DNA from: Nitrosospira multiformis ATCC 25196 | Lineage (GTDB): Bacteria; Pseudomonadota; Gammaproteobacteria; Burkholderiales; Nitrosomonadaceae | Length of the DNA: 32,000 bases | NCBI RefSeq assembly: GCF_000196355.1 | Contig: NC_007614.1 | Span: 2,100,001-2,132,000 of the forward strand | Reading direction: 5' to 3' | In this document: positions 1-8,500 of the stretch, piece after piece | How positions within the stretch are numbered: the stretch's first letter is position 1 | Layout: the number at the start of each line of letters is the position of its first letter | The notes under the pieces: model-generated | The model's database searches: none | What the model was told of the DNA's origin: nothing | Seen by the model: only the letters and a program-made list of their open reading frames with translations | Program-made: the position numbers and the translations under genes

Positions 1-1887
1 GACGCTCACGCCCTTTGGTTTACCTGTGGAGCCTGAGGTATAGATGACATAGGCAAGGTTGTGTCCATGCAGGACGGCTTGCGGATTGCTGTCGGATTCA
101 TCCTCGAGGTCGAGCCTGTCCAGCTCCAGCACCGGATATTGGCCGGAGTGGGGAATGCGCGATCGAACCCGGCTTTGCGTCAGCAACAGCCCGATGCCAC
201 TGTCTGCCACCATGTAGGCCAGCCGCTCCTGCGGATATTCCGGATCAAGCGGCACATATGCTCCGCCCGCCTTCAGGGTGGCAAGCAACCCCACCACCAT
301 GTCGATCGAGCGCTCCACCGCAATGCCCACCTTGACCTCCGGCCCAACCCCAAGCCTGATCAAACGGTGCGCCAGGCGGTTCGCCCTTCGGTTCAGCTCG
401 CCGTAGCTCAATTCGACATCGCCAAAGATCAGGGCAATCGCTTCCGGCTGGACTTCAACCTGCCGCTCGATCAGCCTGTGCACGGGCTCGGTATTGGCGT
501 AGCGCTGCTCGTTGATCCCCCAGGCCTTGAGCTGCGCCCGCTCGGCTTCACTGAGGATGTCGATGTCGCCAAGGTTCTGCTGCGGATGCTCGGCCAGTTG
601 CTCCAGAAGAAGCAGATAATGGTTGCCAAGCCGCCCAATGGTGGCAGGTTCAAACAGCTCGGCGGCATAGGTGAAGGTGGCTTCCAGCCTGCCATCGGGC
701 TGCTCGACCGTATCCAGGGTCAGTTCGAACTGCGCCGCCTGCTCGCTCAGCTCGTGATTTTCCACCTTGAGCCCGGGCAATTGCTCGAGTGCCCGGTAGT
801 CTTCGCGCAGGTGGTTGTACATGACCTGAAACAGAGGATTCTGATTCAGGTTGCGTTCGGGTTGCAGGGCTTCAACCAGTCGCTCGAACGGCAAATCCTG
901 GTGGGTCTGGGCACCCAGCGCTGCTTCCCGCGTCTGATCGAGCAACGTATGCAGGGACATGCGCCCATCCATGAGGGTGCGCAATACCTGGGTATTGACG
1001 AAGAAGCCGACGATGTTTTCTATTTCAGCCCGATGCCGGTTGGCAATCGGCACGCCCACGCGGATATCCCGCTGGCCGGTATAGCGATAGAGCAGGCCTT
1101 GAAAGCCCGAGAGCAGCGCCATGAACAGGGTCGCTCCCTGGCTTTGCGCCTGACGCTGCAAGCGTGTAACCAGACCCGCAGGTAATGTGAAGGTGTGGCG
1201 CGCCGCACGGTAACTGGCCCTGGAAGATCGGGGGTGATCGGTGGGCAATTGCAATACCGGGTGCTCTTCCCCCAACTGGCTGCGCCAGTAGGCCAGCTGG
1301 CGCTCTTTTTCTCCCGCTTCCAGCCAGTTGCGCTGCCATATCGCGTAATCGGCATACTGGATCGGCAGGGCCGGCAGGGAGGGTTCCTGCCCCTGTTTCT
1401 CCCCCTCCTGCTCCTGCTGCACCCGTGCCCGATAGTGGGCGGCAAATTCGTCAATGACAATGCGGTTGGACCAGGCGTCCGAGATGATGTGGTGCATCAC
1501 CACCACGAGAAGATGTTCTTCCGCTGCAATGCGGATGAGGGCAACCCGAAGCAGCGGGCCTTGCGTCAGATCAAAGGGCGTGCCGGCTATCCGGCCCGCT
1601 TCTTCACCGGCTTGCGCTCTGGCTTGTTCCAGCGGCAGTCCGGAAAAGTCGGTCAGCGGAATTTCAAGCCGCGGCTCGTCTTCGATGATCTGCTCCGGCA
1701 ACCCTTCCGAATTGACCCTGAATATCGTACGCAACGACTCATGCCGCCTGCCCAGCGCCGCAAAGCTCCAACGCAGCGCTTCAATATCCACCCTGCCCGT
1801 CAGCCGCAATCCCCCGCTCAAATGATAAGCCGTGCTCAACGGCTCCAATTGCCATAAAAACCAGTGACGCTCCTGTGCGTATGAGAG
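1..1887. repeat. Intragenic long direct repeat, copy A (in the truncated NRPS gene)
   Basis: Offset of +3423 to copy B. Nt 161-1887 appear identical to 3584-5310: all overlapping six-frame ORF pairs have identical translations (for example 471..695 = 3894..4118, 1020..1460 = 4443..4883, 1195..1857 = 4618..5280), and spot checks of the raw lines agree. Nt 1-160 vs 3424-3583 show 22 mismatches by my count (about 86% identity). Similarity ends abruptly after 1887. Confidence 0.95.
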
Positions 1888-2034
1888 TGCGCTACGGTTT
1901 CCCGTTTTTTGCGGAACAATGGGAAGAAGAGAAAAATCGAATCCCCGTTTTTTCAGGGCATTCAGGAATTCTTTCTGTTTCTCGGGAGCAAGGGCTGCGA
2001 ACCGCTCGGCAATATCCTGCTTGTTCAATTCCAT
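1..2034 (-). CDS. Non-ribosomal peptide synthetase, N-terminal part (unique N-terminal linker/docking region, C domain, first third of A domain); 3' end lies beyond the window
   Basis: ATG at 2034-2032 directly abuts the TGA (2037-2035) of the upstream NRPS. My translation: MELNKQDIAERFAALAPEKQKEFLNALKKRGFDFSLLPIVPQKTGNRSALSYAQERHWFLWQLEPLSTAYH... The frame stays open to nt 1, where it reads NLAYVIYTSGSTGKPKGVSV (A-domain core A3). It is absent from the ORF track only because it has no in-window stop. From aa 50 onward it is the same sequence as the 2035..5451 product. Confidence 0.9.
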   Translation of the reverse strand, partial: MELNKQDIAERFAALAPEKQKEFLNALKKRGFDFSLLPIVPQKTGNRSALSYAQERHWFLWQLEPLSTAYHLSGGLRLTGRVDIEALRWSFAALGRRHESLRTIFRVNSEGLPEQIIEDEPRLEIPLTDFSGLPLEQARAQAGEEAGRIAGTPFDLTQGPLLRVALIRIAAEEHLLVVVMHHIISDAWSNRIVIDEFAAHYRARVQQEQEGEKQGQEPSLPALPIQYADYAIWQRNWLEAGEKERQLAYWRSQLGEEHPVLQLPTDHPRSSRASYRAARHTFTLPAGLVTRLQRQAQSQGATLFMALLSGFQGLLYRYTGQRDIRVGVPIANRHRAEIENIVGFFVNTQVLRTLMDGRMSLHTLLDQTREAALGAQTHQDLPFERLVEALQPERNLNQNPLFQVMYNHLREDYRALEQLPGLKVENHELSEQAAQFELTLDTVEQPDGRLEATFTYAAELFEPATIGRLGNHYLLLLEQLAEHPQQNLGDIDILSEAERAQLKAWGINEQRYANTEPVHRLIERQVEVQPEAIALIFGDVELSYGELNRRANRLAHRLIRLGVGPEVKVGIAVERSIDMVVGLLATLKAGGAYVPLDPEYPQERLAYMVADSGIGLLLTQSRVRSRIPHSGQYPVLELDRLDLEDESDSNPQAVLHGHNLAYVIYTSGSTGKPKGVSV

Positions 2035-5000
2035 TCAACTCTCCAGTAAATCAAGCAATTCCGCCATTCCCAACAGGTCCTCCTGCTCCGCGTCTTTTTC
2101 GGATGCCCGGGACCGTTTTTCCTGGATGGCAGAAGCAATATCCTTCAGCAGGGGATTCTCGAAATGCAGCCGCAAAGGCAACGAAATGGATAGGGCTTGT
2201 TGCAGTTTCTGCTGAACCTGGAGGATAGCGAGCGAATGTCCCCCCAGTTCAAAGAAGTTGTCATGCCGTCCCACCTGCGCCACACCCAGCACCTGCGCCC
2301 AGATACCTGCCAGCACCTCTTCCGCTTCCCCCCGCGGCGCCTCATAATGCTCCGTATGGGTAAACTCCGGCTCGGGCAAGGCCTTGCGGTCTACCTTGCC
2401 GCTCGGATTGAGCGGCAGACTCTCCAGCACCACAATCATTGAGGGCAGCATGTAGTCTGGCAAAACCTTGCCCAACGCTTCACGCAGTCGCCCAACTTCC
2501 ATCTCCGCTTCCGCATGCAAGGAAACATAGGCAACGAGTCTTGCTCCTCCCGCAGGATTGGAGCCGCGGGCACTTTCCCTGGCAACCACCACCGCTTCCC
2601 TGACTTCCGGTTGCGCCAGCAGTTGCATTTCGATTTCGCCCAGCTCGATGCGGAATCCCCGTATCTTGACCTGATGATCCAGCCGCCCCAGATATTCGAT
2701 CTGCCCGTCCGAGCGCCATCTTGCCAGATCTCCCGTGCGGTAGAGTCGTCCGCCTCCTCCATCGAAGGGATCGGCTATGAAACGCTCCGCCGTCAATCCT
2801 CCACGGTTGAGATAGCCGCGAGCGAGCAATTCCCCTCCTATGCACAGCTCACCGGGAATTCCAGGGGAAACAGGAGTCAGGTTGGCGTCCAGCAGATAGA
2901 TATGACGGGCGGCAAGCGGACTGCCAATCGACACAATAGGGACAATGGACACTTGGGAGGATATTTCGTTACCCTGCGAATAATCGCTGCAATTCCATAC
3001 GGTCGCGGTCACAGCGGCTTCGGTCGGACCGTAGGTATTCAGCAGGGTCACACCGTCGAATCCCGCCTCGCTCCAGGCTTTGAGTCCTTCAGGCGACATG
3101 GCCTCACCGCCCGCATGAACCTGGCGTAACAACCCGTAGTCGCGTGGACCCCCTCTGGCAAAATCCTGCACCAGCATGAACCAGTAGGCGGTGGTAAGAT
3201 CGGCAACCGTGATGCGCTTTTCGATCAGCTCGCGATAGAAAGTCTCGCTGTCCCACAGCGCCGGGCCGCGCAAGACAACGGCGGCTCCCGCGCACAAGGG
3301 GGGGAAAAGCTGTTCGATAAACCCATCGAAGTTGATGGTGGAAAATTGCAACATCCGGTCTGTGGAACCAAGACCGAAGAAGCCTACCGCTACCTGTGCA
3401 TGCTCAACCAGCGCATGATGCGCTACACTTACGCCCTTTGGTTTACCTGTGGAGCCTGAGGTATAGATGATGTAGGCAAGGTTGTATCCATGCAGGGCGA
3501 CTTGCGGGTTGCTGCCGGATTCCTCCTCGAGATCGAGCCTGTCCAGCTCCAGTACCACGCATTGGTCGGAATGGGGAATGGCGGATCGAACCCGGCTTTG
3601 CGTCAGCAACAGCCCGATGCCACTGTCTGCCACCATGTAGGCCAGCCGCTCCTGCGGATATTCCGGATCAAGCGGCACATATGCTCCGCCCGCCTTCAGG
3701 GTGGCAAGCAACCCCACCACCATGTCGATCGAGCGCTCCACCGCAATGCCCACCTTGACCTCCGGCCCAACCCCAAGCCTGATCAAACGGTGCGCCAGGC
3801 GGTTCGCCCTTCGGTTCAGCTCGCCGTAGCTCAATTCGACATCGCCAAAGATCAGGGCAATCGCTTCCGGCTGGACTTCAACCTGCCGCTCGATCAGCCT
3901 GTGCACGGGCTCGGTATTGGCGTAGCGCTGCTCGTTGATCCCCCAGGCCTTGAGCTGCGCCCGCTCGGCTTCACTGAGGATGTCGATGTCGCCAAGGTTC
4001 TGCTGCGGATGCTCGGCCAGTTGCTCCAGAAGAAGCAGATAATGGTTGCCAAGCCGCCCAATGGTGGCAGGTTCAAACAGCTCGGCGGCATAGGTGAAGG
4101 TGGCTTCCAGCCTGCCATCGGGCTGCTCGACCGTATCCAGGGTCAGTTCGAACTGCGCCGCCTGCTCGCTCAGCTCGTGATTTTCCACCTTGAGCCCGGG
4201 CAATTGCTCGAGTGCCCGGTAGTCTTCGCGCAGGTGGTTGTACATGACCTGAAACAGAGGATTCTGATTCAGGTTGCGTTCGGGTTGCAGGGCTTCAACC
4301 AGTCGCTCGAACGGCAAATCCTGGTGGGTCTGGGCACCCAGCGCTGCTTCCCGCGTCTGATCGAGCAACGTATGCAGGGACATGCGCCCATCCATGAGGG
4401 TGCGCAATACCTGGGTATTGACGAAGAAGCCGACGATGTTTTCTATTTCAGCCCGATGCCGGTTGGCAATCGGCACGCCCACGCGGATATCCCGCTGGCC
4501 GGTATAGCGATAGAGCAGGCCTTGAAAGCCCGAGAGCAGCGCCATGAACAGGGTCGCTCCCTGGCTTTGCGCCTGACGCTGCAAGCGTGTAACCAGACCC
4601 GCAGGTAATGTGAAGGTGTGGCGCGCCGCACGGTAACTGGCCCTGGAAGATCGGGGGTGATCGGTGGGCAATTGCAATACCGGGTGCTCTTCCCCCAACT
4701 GGCTGCGCCAGTAGGCCAGCTGGCGCTCTTTTTCTCCCGCTTCCAGCCAGTTGCGCTGCCATATCGCGTAATCGGCATACTGGATCGGCAGGGCCGGCAG
4801 GGAGGGTTCCTGCCCCTGTTTCTCCCCCTCCTGCTCCTGCTGCACCCGTGCCCGATAGTGGGCGGCAAATTCGTCAATGACAATGCGGTTGGACCAGGCG
4901 TCCGAGATGATGTGGTGCATCACCACCACGAGAAGATGTTCTTCCGCTGCAATGCGGATGAGGGCAACCCGAAGCAGCGGGCCTTGCGTCAGATCAAAGG

Positions 5001-5451
5001 GCGTGCCGGCTATCCGGCCCGCTTCTTCACCGGCTTGCGCTCTGGCTTGTTCCAGCGGCAGTCCGGAAAAGTCGGTCAGCGGAATTTCAAGCCGCGGCTC
5101 GTCTTCGATGATCTGCTCCGGCAACCCTTCCGAATTGACCCTGAATATCGTACGCAACGACTCATGCCGCCTGCCCAGCGCCGCAAAGCTCCAACGCAGC
5201 GCTTCAATATCCACCCTGCCCGTCAGCCGCAATCCCCCGCTCAAATGATAAGCCGTGCTCAACGGCTCCAATTGCCATAAAAACCAGTGACGCTCCTGTG
5301 CGTATGAGAGCGGCACCCGCGCGGAAGCATTGCGGCAAGGGATATTCGATTGAAGTGCTGGAGCATGAGCTCCGGCCAGCCGCTGCGCCAGCCTCTCCCG
5401 TTGCTCGGGGGTCAGGCGGGCGCGTCTTTGAACTAGACTGCTGCTATGCAT
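2035..5451 (-). CDS. Non-ribosomal peptide synthetase, one module C-A-T
   Basis: 1138-aa ORF. C domain about aa 47-490 (nt 3982-5313): LSYAQERHWFLWQL, MHHIISDAWS. A domain about aa 515-1025 (nt 2377-3909): LKAGGAYVPLDP, YIIYTSGSTGKPKG, NTYGPTE, GELCIGGELLARGY, YRTGDLARW, GRLDHQVKIRGFRIELGEIE, NPSGKVDR. T domain about aa 1040-1108 (nt 2128-2334): FFELGGHSL. Acidic C-terminal tail EKDAEQEDLLGMAELLDLLES. Confidence 0.95.
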   Translation of the reverse strand: MHSSSLVQRRARLTPEQRERLAQRLAGAHAPALQSNIPCRNASARVPLSYAQERHWFLWQLEPLSTAYHLSGGLRLTGRVDIEALRWSFAALGRRHESLRTIFRVNSEGLPEQIIEDEPRLEIPLTDFSGLPLEQARAQAGEEAGRIAGTPFDLTQGPLLRVALIRIAAEEHLLVVVMHHIISDAWSNRIVIDEFAAHYRARVQQEQEGEKQGQEPSLPALPIQYADYAIWQRNWLEAGEKERQLAYWRSQLGEEHPVLQLPTDHPRSSRASYRAARHTFTLPAGLVTRLQRQAQSQGATLFMALLSGFQGLLYRYTGQRDIRVGVPIANRHRAEIENIVGFFVNTQVLRTLMDGRMSLHTLLDQTREAALGAQTHQDLPFERLVEALQPERNLNQNPLFQVMYNHLREDYRALEQLPGLKVENHELSEQAAQFELTLDTVEQPDGRLEATFTYAAELFEPATIGRLGNHYLLLLEQLAEHPQQNLGDIDILSEAERAQLKAWGINEQRYANTEPVHRLIERQVEVQPEAIALIFGDVELSYGELNRRANRLAHRLIRLGVGPEVKVGIAVERSIDMVVGLLATLKAGGAYVPLDPEYPQERLAYMVADSGIGLLLTQSRVRSAIPHSDQCVVLELDRLDLEEESGSNPQVALHGYNLAYIIYTSGSTGKPKGVSVAHHALVEHAQVAVGFFGLGSTDRMLQFSTINFDGFIEQLFPPLCAGAAVVLRGPALWDSETFYRELIEKRITVADLTTAYWFMLVQDFARGGPRDYGLLRQVHAGGEAMSPEGLKAWSEAGFDGVTLLNTYGPTEAAVTATVWNCSDYSQGNEISSQVSIVPIVSIGSPLAARHIYLLDANLTPVSPGIPGELCIGGELLARGYLNRGGLTAERFIADPFDGGGGRLYRTGDLARWRSDGQIEYLGRLDHQVKIRGFRIELGEIEMQLLAQPEVREAVVVARESARGSNPAGGARLVAYVSLHAEAEMEVGRLREALGKVLPDYMLPSMIVVLESLPLNPSGKVDRKALPEPEFTHTEHYEAPRGEAEEVLAGIWAQVLGVAQVGRHDNFFELGGHSLAILQVQQKLQQALSISLPLRLHFENPLLKDIASAIQEKRSRASEKDAEQEDLLGMAELLDLLES
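3424..5310. repeat. Intragenic long direct repeat, copy B (in the C-A-T NRPS gene)
   Basis: See copy A. It corresponds to aa 48-676 of the 1138-aa NRPS, that is the C domain, the C-A linker and the A domain up to core A3. Confidence 0.95.
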
Positions 5452-5517
5452 GATGGTGCGGATAAAAATGATGGAACATCGGGAGATGGAATGGCTTCAC
5501 ATCAAAGGGGCGGGAAA

Positions 5518-8500
5518 TCATAGGCACTCGATCTCGTCCAGTAATTTCGTTTCTACCAGCTCGGCGAGACCTGCAACGGTGGGGGACCGGAAAAAATCTG
5601 CAGGACGCATGTCGATTCCGAAAACTGCCCGCACTCTCGAAAGCAGTTGAATACCCAGCAACGAATCCCCCCCCAATTCAAACAGATTGTCATGAATACC
5701 GACGGCATCCATTCCAAGCAAGCTCTGCCAGATCTCTGCAATGCTCTTCTCCAGATCGCTCTCTGGAGCGACAAAGGCCGTGTCCAGGGCAGGTCGCGGA
5801 TAGTGCGGCTGGCCCCCCTGCTCATGCTGCCCGTTCTCCGCCAGCGCGAAAGGCTCTCCGACGAGGGTTACCAGATCCTCCTGCGTCTGATTGAGGCGGG
5901 CGTGCAAGTCAAGGGTGGAGACGATCACCTGGGGCCTGACCACGTTATTGACGATGTGCTCGAAAGCCTCAGCGCCTTCCCTGGGTGAAATTCCCATCCC
6001 CTCGGGCATTGCCATGTTGGCCGCCATCCCCACGTCCCGCCAGCCATCCCAGTTAACGGATATGACGGGAAATGTGAAGCCGCTATGGGCGGAACGGGTA
6101 GCCCCGCGGGCGACAGCATCGAGGTAGGCATTGGCGGCACAGTAATCGACCTTGCTGAGGCCACCCGCAATGGCTGCCAGCGATGAGCACAGCAGCATGA
6201 AATCCAGGGAGGCATCCCTGAATACAGCCTGCAATGCCTGCGTTCCCTGTACCTTGGGGGCAAACACTTTCGCCACCTCCCCCCCGTTTTTCACCGAAAT
6301 GAGATCGGTACCGACCTCTCCCGCGGAATGAATCACGCCGTGAATAGCACCGAAGTGCTCATAGGCCTGTGTCACCGCCGTCTTCAACTCCGCCTGGATC
6401 GCAACGTCGGCCTGCAATACCAGCACTTCCGCGCCCAACGCCTCCAGGTGCATGACTTTCTCGATCTTGCTGCGCGTGCGGTCTGCTTTTTCCGCTGCTG
6501 AAATGACATTGGACCACTGCTCGCGGGCTGGAAGCAGGGAGCGTCCCATCAGCACCAGCTTTGCGCGATAGTTGCGCGTCAGATGCTCGGCCAGCGTCAG
6601 GCCGATGCCGCCGAGGCCACCGGTAATCAGATAGACGCCGCCATTTCGAAGGCGCAGGTGCGCTTTCCCCGGTTTCCCACATTGAATGGGTTCGAAAGTC
6701 TGAATCCAGCGGTGGGGTCCCCGGTAGGCGACCATTGAGGAAACCGGCTCAGCCTGAGACTCGGCCACTATCTGATGCACAAGCCGGTTTTTTGCAGTAC
6801 CGTCGCCTGCAGGCAACTCGATATCAACCAGCCGGCAGCTCAGGTAGGCGTATTCCTGGGGAATGACCTTGCAGGGTCCAAGCAGCAGTGCTTTTTCCGG
6901 GCGAAGGGATTCGCTGCCGGTGACATCCTCGAACTGGTCGGTGATGACCATGATTTCGACCTTCGCCTCGCTCGGGATCACCTGTTTGGCACTCTCCAGC
7001 GCCTGGGCGAGATAAAACAGACTGAAGAAATTCCTGGCCTCGATTTCCACTTGATTTTCGACCTGGCTTTCCCTATAAATGCGCCCGCCGCCATTTCCGG
7101 TCAGGCTCCACAAGTGAAAGATATGGCCGAGGGTCCTGCCATCCTCGTCGATGTTGCGCAACAGAAGATCGTAATCCTGACGTTCGCCCGGACGGACAAC
7201 ATAGTGGTCCTTGTCCTGACGGTAAAAGGCCGGGCCCGCGGAGACAACGATTGGCTTTATTCCCAGCGTAAGCAAATGCCCTGTCAGGGCCACCCCGAAG
7301 GGATGATCATCTGCGAAGAGGATGAATGATCTTCCCTGATCCAGGAGGATGCTCTCTTGTTCAATGCTGTCCGAGCGGCGCCACGAAGGGGTGTAAAACC
7401 ATTCATCGAGCGGTCGAACTACCGGCCCGGCATTATCCCTCACCTGCCGGCGTGCACCTGGCTCAAGGCCAGCCATGAGCCTGGGCCTGTCTTCTTCCCC
7501 CACTGCCTTTGCAGTCTTCGCAGTCTTTTGGTTTCCGGGCTTGATCCAGTATGACTGGCGTTCGAATGGGTAAGTCGGCAAGGAGACGCGGCGGCGGCGC
7601 TCGTCAGCGTAAAAACTCCTCCAATCGATATCGACCCCGGCAAGCCACAATCGTCCCAGGCAAAGATAAAAATGTGCTTGAGATTGGTTTGCTCTGCCAG
7701 GATGGGGCAAGGATGAAAGGATGAGGTGTTCCGGTTTTGCTTCGGAGTGACGCCGCGCAAGGGTAGTCAATGTTTCGCCCGGTCCCACCTCCAGCAGGAT
7801 TCGATTGGGATTGCCCAACAGCTCGCGCAGTCCATCATCGAAGCGTACCGTCCCGCGCACGTGCTGTCTCCAATACCCGGGATCAGTGGCTTCCTGCGAA
7901 GTAATCCAGTCGCCGCTGAGATTGGAAAGAAAGGGAATCTGCGGGGGGTGCAACTCCATGGCCGAAATCAGCTCCATGAAAGCCGGCAACATCGGCTCGA
8001 CCTGTGCGGAGTGAAATGCATGGGAAACATGAAGGCGTCGCGCCTCGACACCTTTATTACGCAGATCGGTTTCCAACGCTTCAATGGCGGCGACCGGGCC
8101 TGAAAGAACGCACAATTCAGGCCCGTTGACAGCGGCGAGATCGCAGCTTTCCGACAGGTAAGGCGTGATTTCCGCCTCGGGCAGCATGACCGCGAGCATG
8201 GCGCCCGTCTCCGTCTGCTGAAGCAAGCGTCCGCGCAAGGCAACCAGGCGTAGCGCGTCTTTGAGCGAAAATATGCCCGCAAGACATGCCGCGACGTATT
8301 CGCCTACACTGTGACCGATCATTGCCGCCGGTTGGATGCCCCAGGACATCCATAGCTGTGCAAGAGCATATTCGACGGCAAAGAGTGCGGGCTGGGTAAC
8401 TTCCGTCTGTTCGAGGCGCGCGGACAACTCCTTCTTCCGCGCCTCATCCCCACCTTCAAGGTTAGGGTCAAGGTTAGGATATAAGGCGGTGCGCAAGTCG

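Noticed and set aside
61-1857. Long plus-strand ORFs 61..1185 (374 aa) and 1195..1857 (220 aa), and their twins 3490..4608 and 4618..5280.
   Set aside because: They lie antisense to clearly motif-bearing NRPS coding sequence. They are Arg/Pro/Gly/Leu/Gln-rich with no recognisable motifs, and they are duplicated only because the underlying NRPS DNA is duplicated. These are typical shadow ORFs in GC-rich coding DNA.
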